DNA of 64,000 nucleotides from Nageia nagi (Eukaryota > Plantae > Pinophyta): positions 180,916,001 to 180,980,000 of the forward strand of contig JBITNC010000001.1 of the NCBI GenBank assembly GCA_050084985.1, given 5' to 3'. This document shows positions 12,301-23,812 of the stretch, piece after piece. The notes beneath the pieces were generated by a model that was given only the letters and a program-made list of their open reading frames with translations, had not been told where the DNA came from and ran no database searches. A program made the translations under genes and the position numbers. The stretch's first letter is position 1; each line of letters starts with the position of its first letter.

Positions 12301-13613
12301 CGCAAAGGTAGCTAGGGTATCCAAAGATTACAGTGAACTCTTCCTTAGTTAGATCTGGTTTTGATAATGCTCATTTGTTTTAAGATTCCCTCCACGTATT
12401 GAATTTGTCTCTCCAGAAACTAGGTGAACCTCTTTTAAAGGCTCCAAAAATTGGATCTAAGGCTCCTAGTGTCTCCAAAGCTCCAATGAATTTCTCCAAT
12501 TTTTCCCAAGTGTGCTAAACATCACACCTCAAGACTCCTCAGATAGATTTAGGGCCAATTTGATTCCCAAGGCTTGGAAAAGTTTCTTCAAGCTCAATGA
12601 ACTGTCTCTGATTGCTAAATCCACTCCTGATACCACAGAAAATGTAATGATCAACCTCTAGGGATGAATGAACCTCTTAAAAAAATCTAGATTTGATGCT
12701 GACATCACCTTACAGATTGTAAGATCAATCTTCTAGGGCATCCAAAATATCACAAACTCTTCTAAGTGCACTCAAAACTCCTCAAAGGGTTGGACAAACT
12801 GTTTCTAGGATATAAATTTTTTTGTTAAGCTTGGACAAATTCTCCCAAACTCAACAAACTTCCACAGCTTGCGAAAATTCTCCTCTGCTTTGCACAAATT
12901 TAATCTAGGATTTCCAACTTCTCCACAGGATGGCAAGATCAAAGCTCTGATACCACTAAAATGTCCCAATTTAGGGGTATCGAGATTCCTAATATTTATG
13001 GCAATTTCTAATTAATCCTTTTCGCTCCAAACTTAGCAATTAAACAAAATACTTAAAATTACCAAAATTAATTTATTTAATTATTCCAAGCATGTGTCCA
13101 ACCATGAAACTCAAGATAAATTCGAAATAATGCTCAAGATGACAAAAAAATAGGCGCACAAATGTAAATATGCTCAAATAACATTTAGTAACCAAGAAAT
13201 GACCTCGAAAAGCTCAAAATATGCCAAGGGGTGACTTTCCACTAGGGGCTTCAAACAACACTTCTTGATTTGAAATTGCTTCTCAACTGGATGCCTCACT
13301 CTAAGGATGGAGATTGGATTCCAAGATCTTATCTTCAACTCCAGATTGGCATGCAAGATTGCCATTCATGAACAAATATTTTTATTCGAAGTAGCTACGG
13401 CTCCAAGGTTTCTAGCTACTGGTTTTCTGAATAAGGTGGAGAAGCCCCAGGGCTTCTATCCAAGCTCTCCAATAGGTTTTCGTCCATAGGAGGAATGGAT
13501 GCAGTGATTGATCCAGCTGCACACTCCAAGGGTTTGCAATAGCAAGTAGTTTAGTTGATAGAAGATAGCATAAATTGCTATGAACACGAGACTCTTCAAT
13601 TTGGGACATTATA
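9325..13613 (-). mobile_element. Ty3/gypsy-derived gag+protease-only LTR element (TR-GAG-like), degenerate
   Basis: LTRs at 9325-9937 and 12957-13613, exact TSD GGTCG, PBS TGGTATCAGAGC (12944-12955, minus), PPT AGAGGGGCAGATT. Gag remnant (11588-11977), zinc-knuckle remnant and protease (GATHNFID...LGVQWL). No RT or integrase seen. Confidence 0.88.
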
Positions 13614-13706
13614 GGTCGCTTGCGCATGCTCAGACAGGCGAACCCAAATGCAGCTGAAAGTTATATGTGAATCATATTAATTGGATATTAAGTGAAGAGG
13701 AGTTGA

Positions 13707-14295
13707 TGTTAGAATAAATAATGCACTATTGTGCAAATTATTGTCTAGAAGGTATTTAAAGAACAATATCTCTTCGCTTTATGTAAATCTCTATTTAATC
13801 CACTAGATACTTAAAATTATTCCTAAATACCTTTTAAATATTTAGTGAATTAAATATTGAAACTTGTCATACACTCATCCCACTTAGGGATATGTTTATC
13901 CTTTGGTCTTTGGTGTTCCCCTTGGGTAAAAGGGTGAGCCAAAGTGGGATTTTTGCCTATAAATTGAGGGCTTCCCTCAAGCATTCTTCGCTCTTGTAGA
14001 AAACAAAGAAATGCTCTTAAATTGATAGGAAGAGAGAGTGCTAGTAGTGCATTGTAAGAATGTGTTCTTGAGAAGTAATAAGATCTAGATTAGAGTGGAG
14101 TACTCTCTTGTTGAGAGGAACCACTATATATCTTGTGTCACTCTTGTGTGTATGAGATTGTGTTGTTGAAATTATTCTGGAGTTGTAGTTTAAAGGAGGA
14201 AGATTACTTCGAGGTAATCTTGGGTGTAGAAGGATTCATCTCCTTTCAGTTGAAGGACACAAAACATCTCTAAATTGTCACTTATGTATCTAACA
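13707..14295 (+). mobile_element. Probable isolated LTR
   Basis: TGTTAGA...TCTAACA inverted ends, TATA CCTATAAAT near 13957 and a purine tract just upstream. No TSD found. Confidence 0.45.
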
Positions 14296-14949
14296 AGGGG
14301 ACTGGATGGCTAGTTGATGCATCACTCTCTAGCTTTATAAGGTCAAGATACCAAGACTTCTAATCTCAAAGTACTTTGAGAGTTTTGTGTTGACTATTAG
14401 GCTTTAAAGGCGTAGCGTAATTTCCTTTTTCGATTATAGATTGCAACTGATTTTTCAGCTTCTCATAAATTGGAACTTGTTGACCACCTATAGACTCTTA
14501 AGTACTTGATTTTTTGTGCTTTTTGTTTGAAGTTGATTGAGTGATTAAACTTTTAATCAATTGGTGTTCAATTCATTTGTATTCATTCTAAATTGTGTGT
14601 CAAAGTTCAAATCTGAAAATTAGATATTATTTTTTTTATTTCTACTTTGCCATTTTCTAATTTTTAATATACTTGATGACACCTATTAAAGTATCAAATG
14701 TCTATCTTTAACATTAACAAAAATATATGTAATCCATTAATAAATTAATATATGCTACTACTTTATGCATGTGTATTAAATGGTGTCTCATAGTAGAAAG
14801 GTGTTTATTTTGTAATCACATTTACATTTGTCAGCAAATTTTGTTTTCTCTTCCACCTATCTTATTACTAACCTAAAGATTACATACCATATGCGGTGTG
14901 CTTATGCATTTGTGCGAGCTCAAGTTCCTGAGCTACTACATTTTGCGTA

Positions 14950-15900
14950 GGTTACTGTAGAGATGAAATGCATGAAATTAGAAAAATATCTGATTGGCTC
15001 AATGACGTACATGTATGAGAAGCATGGTTGTTATTTGGTGGTTGTATTTGTGCGTCCTCCTATGGGTGTTCACGATTTATTATTGTTACAATTGTCATCT
15101 CCTATCTATTCAAATTAGTGTAATGAGATATTTCTTGTTGAGATGTTACACATTGTTGAGGGTATAATTCAAGAGTGCAAATGCTATGCATGGGGACTAT
15201 TCATACTTAGGCAATTGTATTATGATCTTTTCCTCTTTACTACAAATGATGGAAAGAATATTATTTATGCTCCATTTGTTGTAGATTTTTGTCTTTGAGC
15301 ACATTAATGTTTTTCATTCATATGGTCGTCCTCTCTTGTTAGTGTTATAGGGATTTCCTTTAGGCTAGATGGGCACATTTTGATTGCTAAAGTGAGTCCA
15401 AGTGCATTGAGCATTGAGGATGTACAATATATTTATTGACAAATGAGAAGATAAATTGATGACTGCACCTAGGTTTGTTGGTTGGAATGAGCATTTAGAT
15501 GAATCAAGTCATATCTAGAGGAACTACTTGTGTTAGAGCTAGCTTTAATTTGTGGAGAGTATTATCCATGATGAGTCTTAATGTAGTTTGGGCTACTCCT
15601 AGATGTACCAGATGAGCCTATATGTGGCTCGATATTCAACTAAAAGTGTTCTGGTGCCATCAACTAGGAGCCAAATTTTGATTCACTTGTAGAGATAGAC
15701 AAGGACATTAGGGATCTTGGATGGAGTGCGTCTTACAAAGAGTGGTGGTTGATGGCTAGGCCACTGTTGGTAGAATACTATGAGGATGATCCTATGTAGG
15801 TGGTTGGTTATGGAGGAGATATTCTAAGTGTAGGACCTAACATGAGAAGTGTAGGATGATGATAATGGCGATGAGGAGCATGAGGATGATTGGTTTGTTT
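14950..15900 (+). pseudogene. Degenerate plant mobile domain (PMD / MAIN-like) ORF remnant
   Basis: Near 15140-15230 it reads EMLHIVEGIIQECKCYAWGLFILRQLYYDL (cf. PMD YSWGSAVLAYLYRQL). A CGEYY..V..FG-like remnant lies near 15550, followed by an acidic tail. Boundaries approximate. Confidence 0.55.
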
Positions 15901-17623
15901 TGTATGTGATTCCTTTGTCTATATTTTAGATGGATAGACATGCAGATGTAGGGTCCATGTAAGTATGCTTAGAACATCAAAGATTATCAAAAAATTTGAA
16001 TAGAATAACAATGATGCATTTGTTGAGTATTTAATACAAAGGCTTGTTTTTTGTACCTAACATAGATGGGTGGAGGTCTCTTACTTTGGAAACCAACACA
16101 ATTGTTCTCACAAGAGGGGAGGAGATGTAGGCTTGTGTATCTAAGTGGAGTGGGTGCCACATGGATGTAATTTCCCTTATCCTTGAACTACATGAGAGGA
16201 CGATTAGTGTTGAGATTGATGCGAAGAGAGGCAATGGAGCAATGATCTATATGCAGAGCTAGAGAGCAAGAGCAAGAAGACTAAGGATCTAGACACAACA
16301 TTAGAAGGTGAAGATTCGTGATCCAGATGGCTAGGTGTAGCAACTGATGTTTGAGGAGACATTGGGGGTGGGTATGCCCCCACTAGGGGACCTACGGACA
16401 ACTTTCTATGCAAGGAAAGTGAGGTGTGAGCTTACTGGTTGATATTTCTCACTTAAGGAGCAAATTGGCCTCCTACAAGGGGAATACGGTCTTCATTCCT
16501 TGCAAGTTAGTCAAGGGAAATTCATAGGGGAAATATCATCTTGTAGTTGTATGTATATCTCGGTTAGGCAACCTATTTCCCCCTTTTATCAACTAGTTTG
16601 AGATTACCTGGTTTTAACCTCCTTTTTAGGCTAATCTCAGATTACCTGAGAATAATCTTGGATCTTCTATTATGTGGCTTAGGACTGTAACCTTATTTAT
16701 GATCTTTAACTCTCAAAGACCAGCTAGTGCAACAATAAAATAAAAAGATGATCTGATCATCATAGGCTTGCCAAATCAAAGCTTCTCAGACCGGTGCCTA
16801 GTATTTTGGGTATGAAATGGACATGGAGTCTATGAAGAAAAATAAAACAGAATAATACTCTTTTAACTAATCATTCAAATTGTGTAATGAAAAGAACATA
16901 GTAATGTAGATGAACACGCTCATACAATATTCAAATAATGTAATACTGTAAAAAGGCAAAGATTCTTGAATAGACACAAGATTGAGCTAAAGGTCAGATC
17001 ATCATATTGATATTCAAAATGTTTACATGAGTTTGTAGTTCAAGGTCTACAAAATATTTCACTCAATACAAAAGAACACTCTATTGAGATAATCAAACAG
17101 AGCCTTCAGAAATGACTTCCTTAATCTCTATCAAACTTGCTTTGACATGGTTGCAATGTCTAGACATAATTGCAGTGGCTGCTCAATTGGATGACTCTCC
17201 TGAGGGTAAAAAGGGAAAATGACGAAAAGATTCTGCATCTTCAGCTTCTCCTTTTATATTTATGTAAACCGAGAAAAATTGTTGATATTTATTCAATGCA
17301 CAAAATCAGATCTGATTTGCTTCATAACTCCCCTTGCATTTGGGTTGGTGTAGACATCAATTCTGACCGCTTCATTAGGTAACGTTTTTCACAAGGCAAT
17401 TCAGAAAATGACCACACATTCTATTATATTCTACTAGATTCAAAATTTATATAATACTGCCATTTGTCAGATGTTAGTCAGTCTTAGATACCCTAGGAAT
17501 AGTCCCTTCAAAAAGTTATGGGTCAATTAAATTTGTCCTTTTCCTAAAACAAAATATAAGCAATCCCTACTCTAATACTTTCATATTAATAACGTATATT
17601 ATGCATTTGTTACCATTTTTTTG

Positions 17624-19774
17624 CTAGTCGTCTGACTCACTATCAAACAATTTTACTGTTTCCCTTCTCTTCATTGGTGTTCTTTCCTGATTGGTTGACG
17701 GTCCCACATCTCTTGATCTAGATTGATATGCTCCTGATGAATTGCAAGGATGTATTTCTGAACATGAAGGATGTATTTTAACACTAGGAGAATCTGTAAA
17801 GTCATTGAATGAATTTTCCAACCGAATTGGAATCCATCCTTTATAACTAATAGGAACATTTCTGAAAGCCTCCCTCATGATGTCCCTTAACTCTTTGGTA
17901 TAGTCATGAGCCATGTGTGCTCTGGTGAACATTTTGGTACATTCTGGGTATTTATTCCAGACATTTTGTATTGCTTTTCCTTTCTTAATTGCCTCTTTCA
18001 ACTCATCTTCAAAGGCATCTATAGAATGTCATTCTCTCATGGGAAGATCAACTTCAATTATCATGTTCCTGTTCTATACCATAGGTTCATATGGTCTCCA
18101 AATCACCTCCTATAAGCAATATTCATCCATTTTTTTAATACTTTCCAGCATAGATTGGTACCCATTGTACAAGAAATAGACAAAATTATCGGGTGAGGTT
18201 AACGATGGAATGTTTTCGTAGTTCATCACTAGTTTTACCATTGAGTTTTCTACCATTTGCCTCACAATTTCTAATATCATTAGGGAAAATGGTGCATTAA
18301 CTGGTTAGACTTTACGTGGAAGTTTAGAGCCATATATTTTGATAAAGGAGATTTCTCCAGTTACAAAATAGTCTTCAACATGATTGTCAACCAAAAAGTT
18401 AATTAACAAGTCAATTAATATCTTTGTAAAACTTTCTCACACTTCCACACCCTTGATTTGCATGAATCATTACTAACTTCTCTTGAATAATTTTTGCATC
18501 AACTCCTCCTAATACATACAACATTTCATTATCCGTATGCACCATCATGAAAGGTAAAAAACTTGAGTAGAAAGAAAACCTTGCCTTAATGTTGTAACCT
18601 TGTTCCATTGTCGTTTTTAAAGCAAACATTTCTTTATGAATCTTATAGCATATGTATCTTGACTAGTCATATAAATCAATCGGTCCACATCTAGTGTTTT
18701 GGCATACAAGATACATATTTTCTTTTGAAACCATTCAAACTTCAAAGTCAGTTTCTCGTTATGTAATTTTGATCATCACTATGAATTCAACAACCCCTTC
18801 TTTTAATGCGTTTATCGACACTGGGAATTTCTTTGTGACTAGTTCACGTTTTTGAAAGAGAATCTGAACTATCAAATCTGAACTGAAACATACTCGGGGA
18901 CAGATGATTTTTCTGAGATTGGAATCCCACCTATGGCAGAAAGTCATTATTCCCAGTCTTGTTGGTTTAGCTCAGTTATATAGTTGCCTTGTTAATGTTG
19001 TAGACATGAAAGGTGGCTCTTCTACCTCTTTGAACCTTGAAATCACCAATAGTCCCATCCGATCAAGCAACTCTTTTGACGCGTATGTCTCAATTCTGGT
19101 TCCTCTGGAGTCTGAACATATCAATGATATCCTGAGCAACTAATTTGCCTGCGAACTCTCCGTAATATCCTAACTTTTGTCAGCTGAAAGTGTCCATTTT
19201 TTACTTGATCTTTTCCTCACCTTCTGGTTATTCTACGTTTCAAAAGGAAATAGACTCAAAGGTATTGTTTTTAGTTTTTACATGTTTTCAACCATGTCAA
19301 CCCGGTAGATGATATTTTCACATACTCTGGTTGATAATGCTGGCAAGTGATAACCTAACTTACTGATTTGGCCCCTTGCACATACCAACTGTCCATATTC
19401 GTATGGATCATCTCATTAATTCCATTTTTCTAGCTCTGTGTGCACTACTTATCCTGAATGAATTTCACCTCTTTTGAGCATAATATGCTTTCCACCGAAG
19501 CACAACTGAGTTGATTGTTGCTGATGATTTTTATATGAAACAGTGATATCATTAACTCAAGGTTGATGGAAAAGACCCGAGAGAGTACTTTGATCATAAT
19601 CCGTAGTTTGGCCCAATAACAAATTCTCTTTGATAGAGTGTGGTAGAGGATAACTGGGAACTGACAATCTCTTCTTTTCTGCCCATTGGTTAGTAAGATT
19701 TTTATCAATGGTTTGATGATATGGTCGGGTGACCACATATCTCTTCTTTGTTGCTCATTAATGTCATTAATCAT
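17624..19774 (-). pseudogene. Degenerate orphan ORF B (~700 codons) in an unclassified element
   Basis: Chain of ORF-track segments 19445-19774, 18759-18947, 18411-18629 and 17624-18001, linked by stops and frameshifts. Downstream minus-strand TATA box TATAAAAGGAG near 17257. No recognisable domain. Confidence 0.5.
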
Positions 19775-20838
19775 GGTAGTTTTATTTTTGATACTTTAAA
19801 TTTAAATACTCAAGATGACATTATCAGACCATACATGCTCACCTGACTGCTAGGTAAGGTTACCGGATTGTCAATGAAATCTTTTTAATTTGGTTGGGTA
19901 GCATCTGATGAGCTTGTATTATGTTTACCTGACCATCGGGTAACTCAATAGTAGATTTGCCAACAACAATCTTTCTCCCAACTTGCTACTCGATTGGTCA
20001 ACTTTAGTTGAACATTGATTTACTGTTGGATAGTTTGATCTTCATTGCAACTCCCTAATCTGATCGGGTAACTATTGAACTATTCTGAAATACCCTCAGT
20101 TGAACATCTGGTAACTATCTCAAGTGCATTGGGCAGAGTAACACCTCTTACCTGACCATCTGGTAGCATGCTATAATACCTTAACCGACCACAAGACTTG
20201 GCTGACCGTTTAACCTCTTAGTTAATCTTCAACTAACTTTTTAGTATGTATATTTTTGGCTCCTTATATTTACCGATTGTTGGTTAACCTGATATTTTCT
20301 TTTTTAAGCTCATCAAAGTTTACCTGACCAATCCCTTTTTGCCGATCAGAATAGCCTTTTTGACCAGCATACCTTGTCTGACTAACTTGCCTTACCTGAT
20401 CAACTCTCCTTCTCCTACCATGATAAACTTTTGATCAAAATGGAACTTGATCAATCCAAGTGTAAGATCCCAAACACAATCTCAAATGCAAATAAGAAAA
20501 AACAAGCAAATATACAACCACATCTCACATATACAAGCATAAATGCACAAATACACTCCAACGTTGCAAATATGGAATTATACACATCACATACATGACA
20601 AATGTTGAGATCCGATATGCCCACGACTGTATTAATGATGTAGAATGACAAATGATACAATACCAGGCCCACAGGGTTCAACGTTGGCCTCCAAGGAGCT
20701 AACTAGGGCACAATGAACGTACAAATATGATTACTGCTGGTACCACAAAGCAATGGATGGGACAGCCTCACTCCCTTAAGCCTAGATGCTCTGTTGCAAA
20801 ACTCCCACGTTTGGAAACCACTGAAGGTAGAAGTGTGA

Positions 20839-22075
20839 TGTAACAACCCAATCAGGATCTCCAACAAATATCAGTCAATTAAATTTCAAATAATCAAACT
20901 AGAGCATCCCATGTTCAAAACACACACCCTAGAGTGCCAACGTTGGGCTTCCACAAGCTCAATACAAACAAGAAATGCCAATGATAGGCCAGTATCCTCA
21001 ATATGCAACAATTACAACCCAATAATGCCAACGTTGGAAACACACATACACAATAAGGCCAAATGATGCCAAATTATGAACAAGTACTAAACAATAAACA
21101 ATAACTGAGATCCAAAGTGCCCACGGTTTATATTAAGATGTACAATGAGTAGCAATACATAAGCAAGCCCAAAGGGTTGACGTTAGCCTCCTAGGAGCTG
21201 AACTAGGCCGGACGAATTCTCTTGATGATGCTGGACGGTCAATGGGACAGTAGCGCCTCCTCACAATCTGACTTCTTCCCACTGAAGGGGCCCTCCTTAG
21301 ATCTGGATAACCACACGAGTGGTAGAGACTCCACCTTGGATACCATCGTATGGGCAAAGGTGCTCCACCAATTCTGTAGATTGCCAAGATCCCTCAGCTT
21401 GACAATCCTCTTAGGTGCTCCACCTAAGGAATACACTTAGCGCTCGGCTAAGGTTGTGTCCATTGGACGATGTAGAAGTGTTAAGGTATAATGATCAAGT
21501 CTGTCTAGCAAATGAGCCTCCAAGTCTTCTTATACTCTTCACTAGGTATGGAATCTCTCCTCGAAATCATCACTAGGCTCTAAGGCCCCAACATTAGCCT
21601 CCAAAGGGCTTGGGATGCCCAATGTGGGTGCCTAGGTGTCAGGCATGCCAACGTGGGATTCTTGGGTGCCATAAATGCTAGCGCATGGTCTAGAAGGGCC
21701 ACACATGCCCATGTGGGTCTGGGAGTTGTGTGGAAGCCTAGGAGTGTGGAACAGTCAATGTGGGGTTTAGGGAGCTCCCCAAGGCTGGCGCAAGCATGTG
21801 AACCTCTATCTTGGCTAATCAATGCATACAAGATCTTGGGATTCCAACAATCAAGTCCATGATCTCCAAGTACATTAATTTATCCTATTCTACACTTGAA
21901 GGGATACATCCCACTAGGGGCTCACAGTGGGGTCCATAGACCAATTAATTCCTATCCCAAGTTATACAAAACAAACCACAAATCAATCTACAAAACAAAC
22001 TCCAAAAGGGATGTTATGAAGACATCCCTTTTGGCTCTTACTTTTTTTTTCCTATAGTACAAAAGGGATGTTACA
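20839..22075 (-). mobile_element. Related solo LTR nested in the 3' LTR of the 20461 element
   Basis: TGTAACA...TGTTACA ends. Absent from the sister LTR (GTGTGA|CCTCGGAATACC near 26393). Sequence is similar to the host LTR family. No TSD. Confidence 0.75.
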
Positions 22076-23279
22076 TTCGGAATACCATTGAATGGACTAA
22101 GATGCTACACCTTAGTTGTAGATTAGCAAGATCCCTTAGCTTGCTAACCCTCCTAGATGCTGCACCTAGGGAGATTGCTTGATGTTGCACCAAGAATTGT
22201 GTCCACTGGACGGTATGAGAAATAATAATAATCAGGTATATCCAACAATGATGCTCCAAGGCTTAATATAGCTCACACTAGATTTGGATCTCACCTCAAA
22301 GTCATCACCCAGCCTTCCTATTCAGAAGCCCCACAAAGCCCAACGAAGGTGCCTAGGGGTTAATCCAAGCCCAAAGTGGGTATCTGGGCCCTTCACATGC
22401 TCAACATGGCTTCACATGCTCAACATGAGTCTAGAGGGCATTCATGGGTGTCTAGGAGTCATCATGGGGCAACATGGGGGTCTAGGAGTCTCTCCAAGGC
22501 TGGCGCATGTGTACAAGTGCTCCCAAATTCAACGTTGGGGCAAGTAGGTGTTTATCCATGCTCAAGTGACATCTAGGTGCTAAACAAGTCTTGAGATTCC
22601 CACAATTAACTCTCGGGATCTCCAAGTATATAACATAACATTAAATCAAGCTAGCCTAAGCTTGGGAGGAAGACGTTCCACTTGTGACTCACAGTGAGGT
22701 CCAATGGACCTCTATATTTTCTATACCAAGTACTAACAACTAATGCACCATTAAATAAATAAATATTTACAAAGGGGAATCTGTTGGATTCCATAATTAA
22801 TTACATTTTGTAAAAGAGGATGTCACAAAACCTCCCCTCTTGAATTGCTTGCCCTTAAGCAATTGTAAAATGCCACAACATATTGTCTTCCAAGAATCCT
22901 TTGGCTTTGTGGACTATAATCTACTGGAGTGGAATGCATCTCCAATAAATCTCCCCCATAATGAATACCCTATATCAAATGTTGGAGCCTTCTTCTCATG
23001 TGTCAATGCTGCATGCAAATATTTTGATATGCTGTAGAGCATTAATCTACGTCTGGCAATCCACATTAAGCACAAAAATGCCTGCAAATATTCTGGTGCA
23101 ACAATGCTTAGAAGACACAAGATTGTATGCAAAAATGTTGATGCATATGTCCATACTTGGCACCAGCTGCAGTAGTGATCATGTGGAAGACTCCTGAGAG
23201 ATGTACTTGCAAAAATATGAAGAAGAGCAAGCATGAGTGGAAAAAGGTGGAGCCTTTGCTCCATGGCTGTTGCTAAGAC

Positions 23280-23812
23280 TTTCCCAAGCTCAACGTTGGG
23301 TGCCAAACTCCTCCAATTTCCAACATGGGGTGCCAGACTTCCTCCAAGCCCAATGTGAGTTGCTGTGGCCCCTCTATGCTCAACGTGGGATGCCAAGACT
23401 CCCTTATGTCCAACGTGAGGTACCCAAGCCTCTCCAGGTCCAACGGGGGATGCCAAGACTCCCTCATGTCCAACATGAGGTACCCAAGCCTCTCCAGGTC
23501 CAATGTGGGATGTCAAGACCCCTCTAGGCCTATCGTTGGGTGCCCAAACCTCTCCATGCCCAACATGGGGTCCCAAGACTCCTCCATGTCAAACATTGGG
23601 TTCCTAAGCCTCTCTAGGCTCAACGTGGGGTGCAAGAACTCCTCCATGCCTGACGTTGGGTGCCTAAGTTTCTCTAGGCCCAACATGGAGTGCGAGAGCT
23701 GCTCATTGCTCAACGTCAGTTACCAAGGCTCCTCCATGTCCAATGCGGGGTGTAGGAGCTCATCATTGCTCATTGTTTGGTGACAAAGCCCCTCCATGCC
23801 CAACGTGGGCTC
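23280..23812 (-). repeat. Degenerate 30-bp tandem array, ~18 units
   Basis: CCAACGTGGG..CCAAG..CTCCATG units encoding HPTL[GD][ML]E-type 10-aa repeats. Confidence 0.85.

Noticed and set aside
22914-23783. Alternative-frame repeat ORFs (220 aa minus, 152 aa plus)
   Set aside because: By-products of the stop-poor 30-bp array. Only the frame continuous with the protease has contextual support.
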